Shown here piece after piece: positions 62,309-64,000 of a stretch of DNA of 64,000 nt; within the stretch, counting starts at the first letter, position 1, and each line of letters begins with the position of its first letter. A program made the translations under genes and the position numbers. The notes beneath the pieces were generated by a model, which saw nothing but the letters and a program-made list of their open reading frames with translations, made no database searches and was not told the DNA's origin. The stretch lies in the NCBI GenBank assembly GCA_036351735.1, contig JAZBPR010000027.1, forward strand, positions 39,073-103,072, given 5' to 3'. Origin of the DNA: Wenzhouxiangella sp. (GTDB lineage Bacteria > Pseudomonadota > Gammaproteobacteria > Xanthomonadales > Wenzhouxiangellaceae).

Positions 62309-64000
62309 TTGAAGCTTAGAACCTCGCTCTTCGGCAGTTTCCGTCTGACACGCCATGACGGGACAGAGCTGCACGTGGCGGGCAAAAAGCTGCAGGCTTT
62401 GGTGGCGGTATTGTGCGTTCATGGTGGATCTGATGTCGAGCGGGACACACTCAGCCAACTGTTCTGGCCGAGCAAAAGCCAGTCCCACGCCCGGGCCAGC
62501 TTGCGGCAACTCCTGCTACGCCTGAAACAGCAACTGACAGAGGTTGATCAAGACTTGCTGATTATCGGGCGCGACAGGGTCAGTATTGACCCGAACGCCC
62601 TGAAGTCAGATCTCTCTGAACTACAGTCTGCTCTGGAGACGCGGGATGCAACGGTGGCCGCCGACAGGTTGCTGGCAATTGGCGCACGACCACTACTGGG
62701 TCAGATGAACGCCGGCCCGGGATTCGAGCGCTGGCTGAAAGATCAACGCGCCCAGATCGACCAGCGCATCCAGTCGGCAACCGAGTCACTGATCGGCCAT
62801 CTTGAAGAAACCGGTCGGACTCTTGAGGCTGGAAGACTGCGGGACGCCTGGCGACTCCGTGCGTCCGGGGGCGCGCTGAGCGATACGGAGCGGCGAACTC
62901 GGATCGCGGTCTTGCCGTTCCATATCCTGGAAGAGGATCAGGAATCGACCATCGTCAAGCAAGGTTTGTTTGACGACCTGATCACGACTCTGGGCCAGAT
63001 GACCCATCTGCTGGTCGCCGGCCGGACCTCGTCGCTCAATGCGCGAAGTCTGGGCCGCCGTCTTCCGCGAATTGCCGAAGCACTTCACGTTTCTTATCTA
63101 TTGGACGGCTCGATTCAGCGCCACGGTGAAAAGACCCGTGTCCACGTCAGCCTGGTTGACGGACACAACGGATTCGAGCTTTGGGGGTTCAGCCACGAAG
63201 GCAGCAGCGACGATATTCTCAGTCTTCAGGAGCAGATCGCGACCGCCACGGCTGACCGGCTTCGGAAATTCCTGAAGCTCGAAGACTCTAAACAGGCGGG
63301 CTTTCAGGAGAGTCGTGATCACAAGCCAAATCCGGCAGCCCTCGATCTGTATCTTCAGGGTAGAGCGCTGACCATGCGGGCGATTGGCGACGGTGTCCTG
63401 GCACGCGCAATCGAAGTCCTGGAAAAGGCGTTGGCCATTGATCCCGACTTCGCCGCCGGCTGGACGGCCCTAGCCGAAGCCCATGCCTACACAGCCGTCT
63501 ACACGCCTTGTCTGGATCGCGTGGCGCAGTCGTCGAAATTGGCCGAATGCGCTGCAAAGGCGATTGAACTGGAACCCAACCAAGGACATGCCCGCGCACT
63601 GCTCGGCATCCACCGCTGGACCCAGAACGATCCGCGGGGCGCGCTTGATCTGGCCTTTGAGGGCTATCGACTGGAGCCGGATAATCCGGACGTTACCATC
63701 AGGCTGGGTTCTTTCCTGCTCTACATTGGCCGAACCCGCGATGCACTGCCCTACATCCAACAGGCAGTGGAGCAGGACCCTGTCAACGGCCGAAACTTTG
63801 CCATGCTTTCGGTCGCACAGCTCAACCTGGGTAATCTGGATGAGGCGATCAAGGCGGGGCAGCGCATGGTCGATCTTGGCCTGCCTTCCATGTGGCTGGC
63901 CGTCGCTACCGCCGCGTCAGGCGAGCATGAGCTTGCCGTCTCCCAGTACTGGCAGACCCGCCTCCTGATGAACACCGTCATCTTCCCACCCGCTGGGACA
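62309..64000 (+). CDS. SARP-like wHTH / TolB-N-like / TPR regulator, 3' end outside the window
   Basis: Manual translation from TTG at 62309 is open to the window end: LFGSFRL, KLQALVAVL, LFWPSK..ARASLRQLL, FERWL (SARP/BTAD-like), RIAVLPF, VAGRTSS, LLDGSIQ (TolB-N-like), then ALAIDPDFAAGW-type TPRs. Absent from the ORF track. Confidence 0.85.
   Translation, partial: MKLRTSLFGSFRLTRHDGTELHVAGKKLQALVAVLCVHGGSDVERDTLSQLFWPSKSQSHARASLRQLLLRLKQQLTEVDQDLLIIGRDRVSIDPNALKSDLSELQSALETRDATVAADRLLAIGARPLLGQMNAGPGFERWLKDQRAQIDQRIQSATESLIGHLEETGRTLEAGRLRDAWRLRASGGALSDTERRTRIAVLPFHILEEDQESTIVKQGLFDDLITTLGQMTHLLVAGRTSSLNARSLGRRLPRIAEALHVSYLLDGSIQRHGEKTRVHVSLVDGHNGFELWGFSHEGSSDDILSLQEQIATATADRLRKFLKLEDSKQAGFQESRDHKPNPAALDLYLQGRALTMRAIGDGVLARAIEVLEKALAIDPDFAAGWTALAEAHAYTAVYTPCLDRVAQSSKLAECAAKAIELEPNQGHARALLGIHRWTQNDPRGALDLAFEGYRLEPDNPDVTIRLGSFLLYIGRTRDALPYIQQAVEQDPVNGRNFAMLSVAQLNLGNLDEAIKAGQRMVDLGLPSMWLAVATAASGEHELAVSQYWQTRLLMNTVIFPPAGT

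Overview
A core-genome stretch of a GC-rich gammaproteobacterium. Gene order and content look Xanthomonadales/Wenzhouxiangella-like, which is inference only. Housekeeping content: icd, two tRNA-Ser genes, alaS-recX-recA-thpR-cinA, mutS, tsaE-nnr-queG, a complete pho/pst locus with readable Pho boxes, gltX-zur, mltF, dnaQ-rnhA-gloB, split metH, lipA, deaD, obgE, rpmA and rplU. Accessory-looking content: an RND pump coupled to a small K+ channel, two outer-membrane barrels, a lysine 6-aminotransferase, a YtrA-type GntR/ABC operon followed by an arsS (radical SAM)-glycosyltransferase-GNAT block, two c-di-GMP proteins, and a SARP-like wHTH/TolB-N/TPR regulator running off the right edge. I saw no integrase, transposase, prophage or CRISPR array. 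Four genes are missed or truncated by the ORF track: a nitrilase at the left edge, a 52-aa membrane ORF, the right-edge regulator, and the ArsR-methyltransferase regulator of metH, which has no ATG/GTG/TTG start and appears to begin at ATC. I cannot claim a clearly new system from sequence alone. The best leads are the ATC-initiated methionine regulator with its operator and the ArsM-less arsS cluster.
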